The notes: generated by a model not told the origin, from the letters alone. 62,435 bases of DNA from a bacterium (GCA_030603885.1 JAUVWW010000005.1:1-62435); one strand, 5' to 3'. Shown: positions 9,888 to 16,927, numbered from the stretch's first letter. Made by a program: numbers and translations.

Positions 9888-10121
9888 TTATCCTTTCTGC
9901 TTTCTGGGCTTTCTTAGTCCTGAAAGCTCTTTATTTATATATATATTAGATCGACCTAATATCTCAGCAATTTCTTTCGGCTTGAGTCCAAGGTCATTCA
10001 AAACATCGATTTGTTCCCTTAGAGTTAAGCTATCTTGATCGCGTTGATTTAACAACCTTAATAACAAAGCAACTATTACCTTAAGAAGCCTATTTGTTGA
10101 TTCTAATTGATTTTTCTGCAT
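9888..10121 (-). CDS. Mini-HTH protein, paralog 1 of 4 (77 aa)
   Basis: LLKVIVALLLRLL...GLKPKEIAEILGRSNIYINKELSGLRKPRKQKG. Confidence 0.6.
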   Translation of the reverse strand: MQKNQLESTNRLLKVIVALLLRLLNQRDQDSLTLREQIDVLNDLGLKPKEIAEILGRSNIYINKELSGLRKPRKQKG

Positions 10122-10145
10122 ATTTTATGACTTAGATCACTATTA

Positions 10146-10174
10146 ATAATAATCTAAGGTAATAAAAATGTCAA
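10146..10174 (-). promoter_or_regulatory. Proximal sigma70-type promoter of the mini-HTH operon
   Basis: Minus strand: TTGACA (10169-10174), 17 nt, TATTAT (10146-10151). About 25 nt upstream of the ATG at 10121. Confidence 0.5.
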
Positions 10175-10229
10175 ATTTTATCTCAAAATAAAGACTTTTA
10201 TTATTACCATTTTATAAATCTTATTTATC

Positions 10230-10257
10230 ATAATAGCAAACCATAATTCCCTGTCAA
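10230..10257 (-). promoter_or_regulatory. Distal sigma70-type promoter of the mini-HTH operon
   Basis: Minus strand: TTGACA (10252-10257), 16 nt, TATTAT (10230-10235). Confidence 0.5.
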
Positions 10258-10293
10258 GCCTTTTTAATAATATGATAATTTTCTCATAAAAAT

Positions 10294-10311
10294 TTGGCCT
10301 ACATAAGCCAA
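10294..10311. promoter_or_regulatory. 18-nt palindrome TTGGCCTACATAAGCCAA (TTGGC-N8-GCCAA)
   Basis: Perfect 5+5 inverted repeat, 36 nt upstream of the -35 at 10252-10257. A near-identical copy lies at 25213-25230. Confidence 0.55.
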
Positions 10312-10365
10312 ACTTGTTCAAATTCGGACATGGAAAATTCCTCTATGTTAAGAGGTTTTTAAAGT

Positions 10366-10374
10366 TTATCCACA
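10366..10374 (+). promoter_or_regulatory. Perfect DnaA-box-like 9-mer TTATCCACA
   Basis: Exact match to the TTATNCACA consensus. Intergenic and isolated. Confidence 0.4.
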
Positions 10375-10417
10375 GCCTAAAGCTAACTTCTCTCTCCCAA
10401 AATCCTTTGTCAAGACC

Positions 10418-10460
10418 AAAATAAAAAGAGACCCGAAACTATACAAGTTTACAGGTCTCT
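10418..10460 (-). terminator. Rho-independent terminator of the 10467-11135 gene
   Basis: AGAGACC/GGTCTCT stem with an inner AAACT/AGTTT stem, then TTTTTATTTT on the minus strand. Confidence 0.6.
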
Positions 10461-10466
10461 ATAAGA

Positions 10467-11135
10467 CTAACATCCCTGTTCATTTTCGATCGTCGACATC
10501 ATATCCTCTTCCTCAAGGAATTTCTCTATACGTCCGTAGTACCGGCACAATCTTTCATCACATTCCCTATACTCTGCAACCGCTTCTGTAGTGTAAGCAA
10601 AAATCTGTTCAATTATAAAATCTCTACAGATGTGATAACTTTTACAGTTCGGGTGAAGCTGCAAAGCAGTGATACAGTAACTGACCACGGCCAGGAAATA
10701 ATAAGGATTGACATCCATCCATATACAATCCCCAAAGGCCTCTTTAGGATCATCAATGAAGGTCGCCTTATCCCCGAACTCCTCTTTGATCATCTTTGCA
10801 CAACTACTTTCTAGTTCAGGGTGTTCATCTCTGCAGAACTTTTCGGCGCTCTCTAAAATACTAGAAAGCTCATTGATGTGTTCCAGTACTTTAGTCTTAC
10901 CACTAGAGATCTCATCATCATATTCGTTAATGACAGGATCGAGATAGCGACTGAAGGGTAAGACTATCATATCGAGTCCCCGGATTTCGTCTTCCACTAA
11001 AAATGACATAGAAGAGATCCCATCTTTTATGGCTTTTGGGAATCCACCCTCCCGATTCTCTATATGCCTTCTGATGCTTTTAATTAATCTCCGGGCGGTG
11101 GTCAAAACCTTATTGGGGGTTATTTTTTTAGTCAT
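10467..11135 (-). CDS. Hypothetical acidic, Cys-rich 222-aa protein (orphan)
   Basis: Start moved to ATG 11135 (MTKKITPNK), which follows AGGAGG at a 7-nt spacing. The ORF-track start at 11195 lies upstream of that RBS. Has its own promoter and terminator. Confidence 0.6.
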   Translation of the reverse strand: MTKKITPNKVLTTARRLIKSIRRHIENREGGFPKAIKDGISSMSFLVEDEIRGLDMIVLPFSRYLDPVINEYDDEISSGKTKVLEHINELSSILESAEKFCRDEHPELESSCAKMIKEEFGDKATFIDDPKEAFGDCIWMDVNPYYFLAVVSYCITALQLHPNCKSYHICRDFIIEQIFAYTTEAVAEYRECDERLCRYYGRIEKFLEEEDMMSTIENEQGC

Positions 11136-11260
11136 ATTACACCTCCTAAAATTTCGGTTTTTTTGAACCAAGTTATAATTTTCACTAACTCCCAAAGCAA
11201 CCTATAATCTTAATTACAAGCTAATTTAGGAGTTAGTGATTGTTAAAAGAACACCAATCT

Positions 11261-11289
11261 ATCCTAGCATATTCAAAATCCTTTGTCAA
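11261..11289 (-). promoter_or_regulatory. Promoter of the 10467-11135 gene (TTGACA-N14-TGCTAGGAT)
   Basis: Minus strand: GTCTTGACAAAGGATTTTGAATATGCTAGGAT. Nearly identical to the plus-strand promoter at 13980-14008. Confidence 0.6.
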
Positions 11290-11371
11290 GACTAAACTAA
11301 AAGAAGTCTCAATAAAAAAACCACCAAATCCCATAAGATAGTGGCTGGCTAAAGCTTTCTGCCTCTAAACC

Positions 11372-11406
11372 CAAAAAACAAAAAAGCCTTTAAAAAGGCT
11401 TTTTTG
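11372..11406. terminator. Bidirectional rho-independent terminator (serves the RRM gene)
   Basis: AGCCTT-TAAA-AAGGCT hairpin flanked by an A-run and a T-run. Confidence 0.65.
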
Positions 11407-11425
11407 TTAATTAGAGGCTTTCTTT

Positions 11426-11689
11426 CTAAAAGTCCCTTTTCTTCATCGGTTTGGCTTCATTCACTTTAATATCTCTTCCGTCTAACTCTTTTCCATCAAA
11501 CATTTCTATTGCTTTTTTAGCTTCATCTTCTGAAGACATTTCTACAAAACCAAATCCTTTTGATTTACCAGAGAATTTATCCATGATAATAGTTACTGAA
11601 TCTACTGTACCAGCTTTGGAGAACAAATCTTTAAGGGTATCTTCTTTGGTATCGTAAGAAAGACCGCCTACATAAAGTTTCTTTTCCAT
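11426..11689 (-). CDS. RRM-type (RNP-1/RNP-2) RNA-binding protein
   Basis: RNP-2 LYVGGL and RNP-1 KGFGFVEM. 87 aa. Confidence 0.9.
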   Translation of the reverse strand: MEKKLYVGGLSYDTKEDTLKDLFSKAGTVDSVTIIMDKFSGKSKGFGFVEMSSEDEAKKAIEMFDGKELDGRDIKVNEAKPMKKRDF

Positions 11690-11805
11690 TTTTTTCTCTT
11701 AAAACCTACTTAATTCAATGACTCACTCTCGACCTTCTTACAATCAAATTTTGAGTGTAAGATTTAGCGAGCACGGCATTTTTTAAACATATATCCGCCT
11801 ACCTT

Positions 11806-11901
11806 CTAACCCCCATACCCCGTCCCACAAGGAATCAGCCTTCCAATGACTACATTTTCTTCTCTCTTCTACACTTACCAAGCCATCTATCTCTGAAATT
11901 A
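11806..11901 (-). pseudogene. Internally deleted, frameshifted relic of the rpoC 3' end
   Basis: 11815-11862 matches rpoC 17870-17917 at 42/48 nt. 11863-11903 matches rpoC 18616-18656 at 35/41 nt. It encodes ..ISEIDGLVSVEE.. followed, in another frame, by ENVVIGRLIPCGTGYGG*. Confidence 0.75.
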
Positions 11902-12909
11902 CTAATTTTTGATTTCTGCCATTTTCTTTTTTAGGTCTTCAATCACTTTAACTGGTGTCGGATCTATACTATATTCTAGAGCTAAATAATAAGATGTCCA
12001 GTCACCAAGCATTAAGGTAGAAAATATCTTAGTCAATAAATCATTTCCTTGAAGATCAATAAAACTTGTCTTTATACCTTTTTCTTCTAAGATTTCAGCT
12101 GTAATCTTCATTCTTTCTAGAATTCTTGGATGATCTTCTTTGTCTCTAAGAACAATAATATGAAATTTGCCTTGAGGATTGGTGAAACCAACTATCTCAT
12201 TATGATTGAGCTCTGGAAAATAGTTCCAAAAAGCCTGAACTTTTGAATTTTCATTAAATTTGATCTTCCAAATCCTAGCCAGGGCCTTAAATCTATTTGA
12301 GGCATAAATAAGAGGGATCTTGTCTTTTAATCTTTTAGCTAGGTCTTTGCCTTGGTTTTCAAAATCAAAGGCTTTCAATTTTCCGCCTAATATCTCTATT
12401 TCTTCTCTGTGTCTTTCAGAAACAATTCCTGAATTGATTAAAACATTAATAATGGCAGCAAACATATAACCAGTGGCAGATCTTGGCTGGAAAGTAGGAG
12501 ACTCTTTAATTAATTTTACCAAGGGAACACCATCTTCTTTGGCTGTTTTCTCTAGTTTACCATTTGAGGTAATAATAGCAATCTTTGTATTATTTGCCTT
12601 AGCATCAGGGTAGGCATAAACCGGCTCTTCTGTATTTCCAGAGAAAGATTCAACAAAAACCAGAGTTTTTTCATCAATGGGACGAGGAAGTTTATAATCC
12701 CGATTAACATAAATTGGAATCTTAAATCCTTCCAGATAAGTCCTTACTAAATCACCAGGCAAAGTACTACCTCCAATACCAGTAACAATGATTTTATTAA
12801 TTTCTCCTTCAACTTTGACATCTTTAGAAAATTCTAAAGCTTTTCTAAATTGGTCAGGAAAATCTAGAATCACCTTTCTCATGTCTGATTTATCAATTAG
12901 ATGGGGCAT
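11902..12909 (-). CDS. Bifunctional phosphoglucose/phosphomannose isomerase (archaeal-type SIS-domain PGI/PMI)
   Basis: Motifs GIGGSTLPGD, SFSGNTEE, PRSATGY and KFNENSK...PELNHNEIVG are characteristic of the PGI/PMI family. Confidence 0.75.
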   Translation of the reverse strand: MPHLIDKSDMRKVILDFPDQFRKALEFSKDVKVEGEINKIIVTGIGGSTLPGDLVRTYLEGFKIPIYVNRDYKLPRPIDEKTLVFVESFSGNTEEPVYAYPDAKANNTKIAIITSNGKLEKTAKEDGVPLVKLIKESPTFQPRSATGYMFAAIINVLINSGIVSERHREEIEILGGKLKAFDFENQGKDLAKRLKDKIPLIYASNRFKALARIWKIKFNENSKVQAFWNYFPELNHNEIVGFTNPQGKFHIIVLRDKEDHPRILERMKITAEILEEKGIKTSFIDLQGNDLLTKIFSTLMLGDWTSYYLALEYSIDPTPVKVIEDLKKKMAEIKN

Positions 12910-13055
12910 AGACTCTTGACTAATATTATACTCAAACTATATCAGAATAAAAAAATTTAGTAAAGATTGGGCTTAAATAAGCTCAAAGAGGGAATTTTTG
13001 GTCTAGTTTGGCCTAAATAAAGCAAAATAAAGAAAAAATCTACTTCAATAATAGA

Positions 13056-13064
13056 TTATTCACA
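13056..13064 (+). promoter_or_regulatory. DnaA-box consensus match TTATTCACA
   Basis: Matches TTATNCACA. Intergenic, next to TTGGC-type half-palindromes at 12968-12987 and 13008-13025. Confidence 0.25.
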
Positions 13065-13116
13065 TTAGTATCTTGAAAAGAATCTAAAAGAGCATATATA
13101 GTGGTATGATAAGATA

Positions 13117-13977
13117 ATGTATGATAATATATTATGGCGATATCTAGAAAGAGATTCATTTTGGATCTCAACAAAGACTAATTTAACAGTAAAAATGAAA
13201 AAAGATACTCTGGTTATTTTTGAAAGATTATGTAAGAAGAGAAATTGGGAATACAGACTGCCTACCAAGGCTCAAGCCAGAGGCAATCGAATTTTGGTTA
13301 TTTGTGGACCATCAGGGGTAGGAAAAACATCCTCCATCAATGGAGTATTAGGCATGAATTCTCTTCTTAATAAGATATTTAATGAGTGTGGTCGGCCCTC
13401 GGTTAAACTGGTCTATGTTCCCAGTTCTACTACTAGACCTATGCGTGAGGGAGAAAAAAATGGTTTTGACTTTAATTTTTTACCCGAGGAACAATTCCTT
13501 AGTCAAATGAAAAACAGAGATTTCTTGCTCTATTTTTCTGCTTATTCTTATCTTTATGCTATTGATGGCAAAGATTTAAAAAGAAGACTTTTAGTTTCTG
13601 ACCCTTATACTCTTTTCATCTACAATCTTAATACTCTTCAGATCGAAAAATTCAAAAGTAAATTTAAACGTCAGCCCAAAGTTATTTTCTTTAGTATTCC
13701 TTCTTTACAAGAGCTGGAGAAACGAAGGAATTTTAAAGGATCATTTAAAGAGGAAAAAGAATTACGTAAACAATCAACTAAAGAGGAGATTAGGATAGGA
13801 AAAACTATAGCTGATTTTAAAATTATTGGTAGAGATATAGAATCAAGTGTTAGAAAAGTACTTCTTTATTCTGTAGAAGAAATTATTGCTCCTAATGCTG
13901 GTATCTCCTCTAGAATAACTAGAAAGATTCTGGCCAGAATTAGGAAGGTTATACCCAAAAAGAAGAAAAAGTTTTAG
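13117..13977 (+). CDS. Guanylate-kinase-family P-loop protein, divergent paralog A with N- and C-terminal extensions
   Basis: VICGPSGVGKTS and SSTTRPMREGEKNGFDFNFL. The start codon is uncertain; an alternative ATG lies at 13195. Confidence 0.6.
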   Translation: MYDNILWRYLERDSFWISTKTNLTVKMKKDTLVIFERLCKKRNWEYRLPTKAQARGNRILVICGPSGVGKTSSINGVLGMNSLLNKIFNECGRPSVKLVYVPSSTTRPMREGEKNGFDFNFLPEEQFLSQMKNRDFLLYFSAYSYLYAIDGKDLKRRLLVSDPYTLFIYNLNTLQIEKFKSKFKRQPKVIFFSIPSLQELEKRRNFKGSFKEEKELRKQSTKEEIRIGKTIADFKIIGRDIESSVRKVLLYSVEEIIAPNAGISSRITRKILARIRKVIPKKKKKF

Positions 13978-13979
13978 TC

Positions 13980-14008
13980 TTGACAAAGATTATAAAACAT
14001 GCTAGGAT
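13980..14008 (+). promoter_or_regulatory. Promoter of the 14071-15099 gene (TTGACA-N14-TGCTAGGAT)
   Basis: GTCTTGACAAAGATTATAAAACATGCTAGGAT. Confidence 0.6.
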
Positions 14009-14070
14009 GTAGCGTTGGGCTTATTTAGGTTATTTTAGTGGTTACAACAAAATATTAAGTGGAGGGAAAA

Positions 14071-15099
14071 ATGAGAACAATTAAAGAATGGCAGGAAGAG
14101 ATTGCCAAATTCTGGGCCTTAAGAGGCTTCAAAATAACTGAAGTCTTTAAAGAGGCTAAAAACCGTATGGTTTTTCAAGGATCTTTTAAAAAAGATGAAC
14201 CTACGGTTGTCAAAATTGCCGGATATAAGAGCAGTCTTACTATAAAAACAGCTAACACGCTTTGGAAAGATTCAGAAGGATATAGAAAAGAGCTTGCAAA
14301 AATTGGGGTAAAGGTTCCTGGAATAAAGATTGAAATAGAGCCGGAAAGCACTTCGGGAAAAGTTTATTTGATTGAGACTGCACCTCACGTTGGAGCTAGT
14401 ATACATCAATTGCTTTCAAGAACTGAAACTCCAGACCCTGAAACCTTGAAGGCTGTTGATTCCTGCCTCAAGGACTGTTTTGAACCTCTATTTAGATCAG
14501 TATCCCCTGGGGAAGATTTAAGAATCGGCATCGATGCGGTCTGTAGAAATTTCTGTATTCAAGAAGAGGGTATATATTATGTCGACTTCTTACCAGCTAA
14601 GCTCTATAAAGCTGGTAAGTATATGCTCGAATATCCAGAACCAACTGATCCCAATGCAATCTCGCTTGGATATTACAGGCATTACACAAGAGAGGGTATT
14701 CTTCATGCTTTTCTTGTGAGCCTGGAGCATATACGGCCCGAAATGAGAAAATTGTTCCTGGATATTATTGAATCATTCTTGAAAGATCTCGGAGAAAAAA
14801 CAGTCCTCTATAGGTTTCAGCATTTCCCAGCGAGAAGGATAAAAGACATACCCAAATCAGAATCTGAAGAGATGATTGAATCATTAGAGTTCCGTGATCT
14901 TTACGATCTACGAGACATCGCCTGTGCTCTGGTAGCTGGAAATCAAAAGTATGGAAGAGAAGAGTTGGATTATTTCTTCGATCTAACTCACTTCCAATCA
15001 AAACCCTTGCCCAAAGAGAGTATAGAGAAAGCAAAAAACATCCTCATTAAGATGTTACATGGTGACGATATTCCCAAGGGGAAGATTCATGAGGCATAA
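14071..15099 (+). CDS. Hypothetical protein with protein-kinase-like/APH-like catalytic-loop motifs
   Basis: Start set to ATG 14071, preceded by GGAGGG; the ORF-track start is a GTG at 14059. Motifs: VVKIAG, GIDAVCRNF (D-x4-N) and YYVDF (DFG-like). Confidence 0.4.
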   Translation: MRTIKEWQEEIAKFWALRGFKITEVFKEAKNRMVFQGSFKKDEPTVVKIAGYKSSLTIKTANTLWKDSEGYRKELAKIGVKVPGIKIEIEPESTSGKVYLIETAPHVGASIHQLLSRTETPDPETLKAVDSCLKDCFEPLFRSVSPGEDLRIGIDAVCRNFCIQEEGIYYVDFLPAKLYKAGKYMLEYPEPTDPNAISLGYYRHYTREGILHAFLVSLEHIRPEMRKLFLDIIESFLKDLGEKTVLYRFQHFPARRIKDIPKSESEEMIESLEFRDLYDLRDIACALVAGNQKYGREELDYFFDLTHFQSKPLPKESIEKAKNILIKMLHGDDIPKGKIHEA

Positions 15100-15105
15100 A
15101 GCTAT

Positions 15106-15140
15106 GAGGGATAAACCTGTTTTATCCCTCTTTTTTATTT
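15106..15140 (+). terminator. Rho-independent terminator of the plus-strand gene
   Basis: GAGGGATAAA-cctg-TTTATCCCTC followed by TTTTTTATTT. Confidence 0.7.
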
Positions 15141-15170
15141 AAAAACCAGTCTTGTTGTAGGCTGGTTTTT
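15141..15170 (-). terminator. Rho-independent terminator of pfk (convergent with the previous terminator)
   Basis: AAAACCAG/CTGGTTTT stem. A T-run follows on the minus strand. Confidence 0.55.
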
Positions 15171-15189
15171 AACTTTGGTGGCCTTAAAT

Positions 15190-16359
15190 TTATAGTCCTT
15201 TTTTCTTAGCCAAAGACTTGATAAGTTTATAATACTCTTCATCTTTTGGCTTATACTTTCCTAAAATCGGCTCCATGTAATCTAGAAATTTCTGTTTTAC
15301 TTGTAGCTTTTCGAAATCAAAATAGGTATCATCTAGTTTTCTATATTTCTTTACTACCAAAGCTAAGGGTGTTTCTGTAACTCGAATTTCTCTTCGTTTC
15401 ACATCCGGTCTTTTTAAGGAAGACATATAGCCAATCTTTGCCTCGGCTAGAAGTTCGACAGCTTTCTGACCAAGCAACATAGAGAATTTTTTATCTATCT
15501 CTATGGGCAGACCAGCTGAAAGGTAATGTCCAGGTACTACAGCTGCGGTTTCAATACCCAGCTGTTTCTGTATTTCGGTTTTCAAATCGATACAAATAAA
15601 TTCTCGTCTTTTAACACCGTATTGGTCAGTGGGCATTTTTTCATAACTACAAATTCTCTCCCCTAGATTGGCTTCTTGAGAGACTACTATAACTGCAAAA
15701 CTTCCATTGGCTTGGTATCGTTCCTTGATCAGCTTTAATACTAAATCTAAATCTATCTTCTTTTCTGGGGGAATAATGACATCCGCATCACCATAGGCAC
15801 TGGATGCAGTAATCCAACCAGCTTTACCACCCATAACTTCAATAATAAAGATTCTTCGAACTGCATAAGCTGCGTCTTTTCTAATTTGAGCAGTATATTC
15901 TGAAAGATAATGAGCTGCCGAAGGAAAACCCGGAGTCCAGTACGTTTCCGAGAGATCATTATCAATAGTTTTTGGGATCCCAACAAGAGGAATTTTGTAA
16001 TCTTCAAAAAGTCTTTTTGCTGCCCCCAAGGTATCGTTGCCACCGATGGCCACAATGTAGTCAATACCTAATTTATTTATTCTTTCTTGAATTTGCTGAA
16101 TCCCATCCTTAATTTTAAAAGGATTAGTTCTAGAAGAGCGTAGAAAAGTTCCTCCCGAGTCTTTGATAGGCTCAATATTTAGAGAGGTCAGATTAACTAT
16201 TTTTCCTTTATCTAAAAGACAAGACCAGCCAAACATGCCTCCAAGAATTTCCATACCTTCTTGACGAGCTTGGGTAATAACCCCATATAGAGAGGCATTT
16301 AAAGCTGGAGCTACACCTCCGCCAGTAAATACTAACAATGTTTTATTTTTATTATTCAT
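15190..16359 (-). CDS. pfk: 6-phosphofructokinase (ATP- or PPi-dependent)
   Basis: FTGGGVAPALN, IGGNDTLGAA, PKTIDNDL, MGGKAGW. Confidence 0.85.
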   Translation of the reverse strand: MNNKNKTLLVFTGGGVAPALNASLYGVITQARQEGMEILGGMFGWSCLLDKGKIVNLTSLNIEPIKDSGGTFLRSSRTNPFKIKDGIQQIQERINKLGIDYIVAIGGNDTLGAAKRLFEDYKIPLVGIPKTIDNDLSETYWTPGFPSAAHYLSEYTAQIRKDAAYAVRRIFIIEVMGGKAGWITASSAYGDADVIIPPEKKIDLDLVLKLIKERYQANGSFAVIVVSQEANLGERICSYEKMPTDQYGVKRREFICIDLKTEIQKQLGIETAAVVPGHYLSAGLPIEIDKKFSMLLGQKAVELLAEAKIGYMSSLKRPDVKRREIRVTETPLALVVKKYRKLDDTYFDFEKLQVKQKFLDYMEPILGKYKPKDEEYYKLIKSLAKKKGL

Positions 16360-16898
16360 AAATTTCTCACTTTACAGTAATCTCTAAAAGATGCAAGAAA
16401 TCCCTGTTTAAATTTTTGAGGATTCTCCACGATCAAGTTCTTGATTTTTAGTATGTCTAAGAATTCTATATCCTCGAGTTCTAAATTGTCAATTTTGAAG
16501 TTGGATAAATTGAAATTTCCTTTAACCTCAAATAAAGTGATGAACCTACAATTACTTTGTCCAGGTTTGATATGCCTATAATATTTCTTAAAAATATTTT
16601 TAAATTTATCTTTACTTAAGTTGAGCCCAAGTTCCTCTCTTACTTCGCTTTGAATTGCTTGCAAATAAGTTTCTCTTCGAGAAACATGGCCAGAGGAAGA
16701 GCAATCATAAAGACCTCCATCTCGAAGTTGTAGCAAAAGCTGATTATTTTTATTAAAGATAAAAACATAAGCTTCTCTATGTAATAATCCTTCTCTATGC
16801 ACTCTTTCCCTTGTTACTTGAGATACAACAATATCTTTATCATTCACTACTATAATTAATTCCTTAAGATTATGTGGAATATAATTCTTATTAGTCAT
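16356..16898 (-). CDS. Nudix hydrolase
   Basis: Nudix box GHVSRRETYLQAIQSEVREELGL. Overlaps the pfk start by 4 nt. Confidence 0.8.
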   Translation of the reverse strand: MTNKNYIPHNLKELIIVVNDKDIVVSQVTRERVHREGLLHREAYVFIFNKNNQLLLQLRDGGLYDCSSSGHVSRRETYLQAIQSEVREELGLNLSKDKFKNIFKKYYRHIKPGQSNCRFITLFEVKGNFNLSNFKIDNLELEDIEFLDILKIKNLIVENPQKFKQGFLASFRDYCKVRNL

Positions 16899-16927
16899 AT
16901 ATTTTAGAATAAAAAATCAGATGGTTC

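Noticed and set aside
10122-10466. AT-rich 345-nt intergenic region with a perfect DnaA box as oriC
   Set aside because: It has only one DnaA box. The region is better explained by two promoters, a palindromic operator-like site and a terminator.
11136-11195. N-terminal extensions in ORF-track models (10467-11195, 25422-26564, 55020-56012, 14059 GTG, 28901 GTG)
   Set aside because: Internal ATG codons are preceded by good Shine-Dalgarno sequences, or the extensions overlap candidate promoters. The shorter models were adopted.
13065-13268. 67-aa minus-strand ORF in the 12910-13117 intergenic region
   Set aside because: It has a low-complexity hydrophobic translation, overlaps the start of the GK-like gene and candidate promoter elements, and has no RBS.
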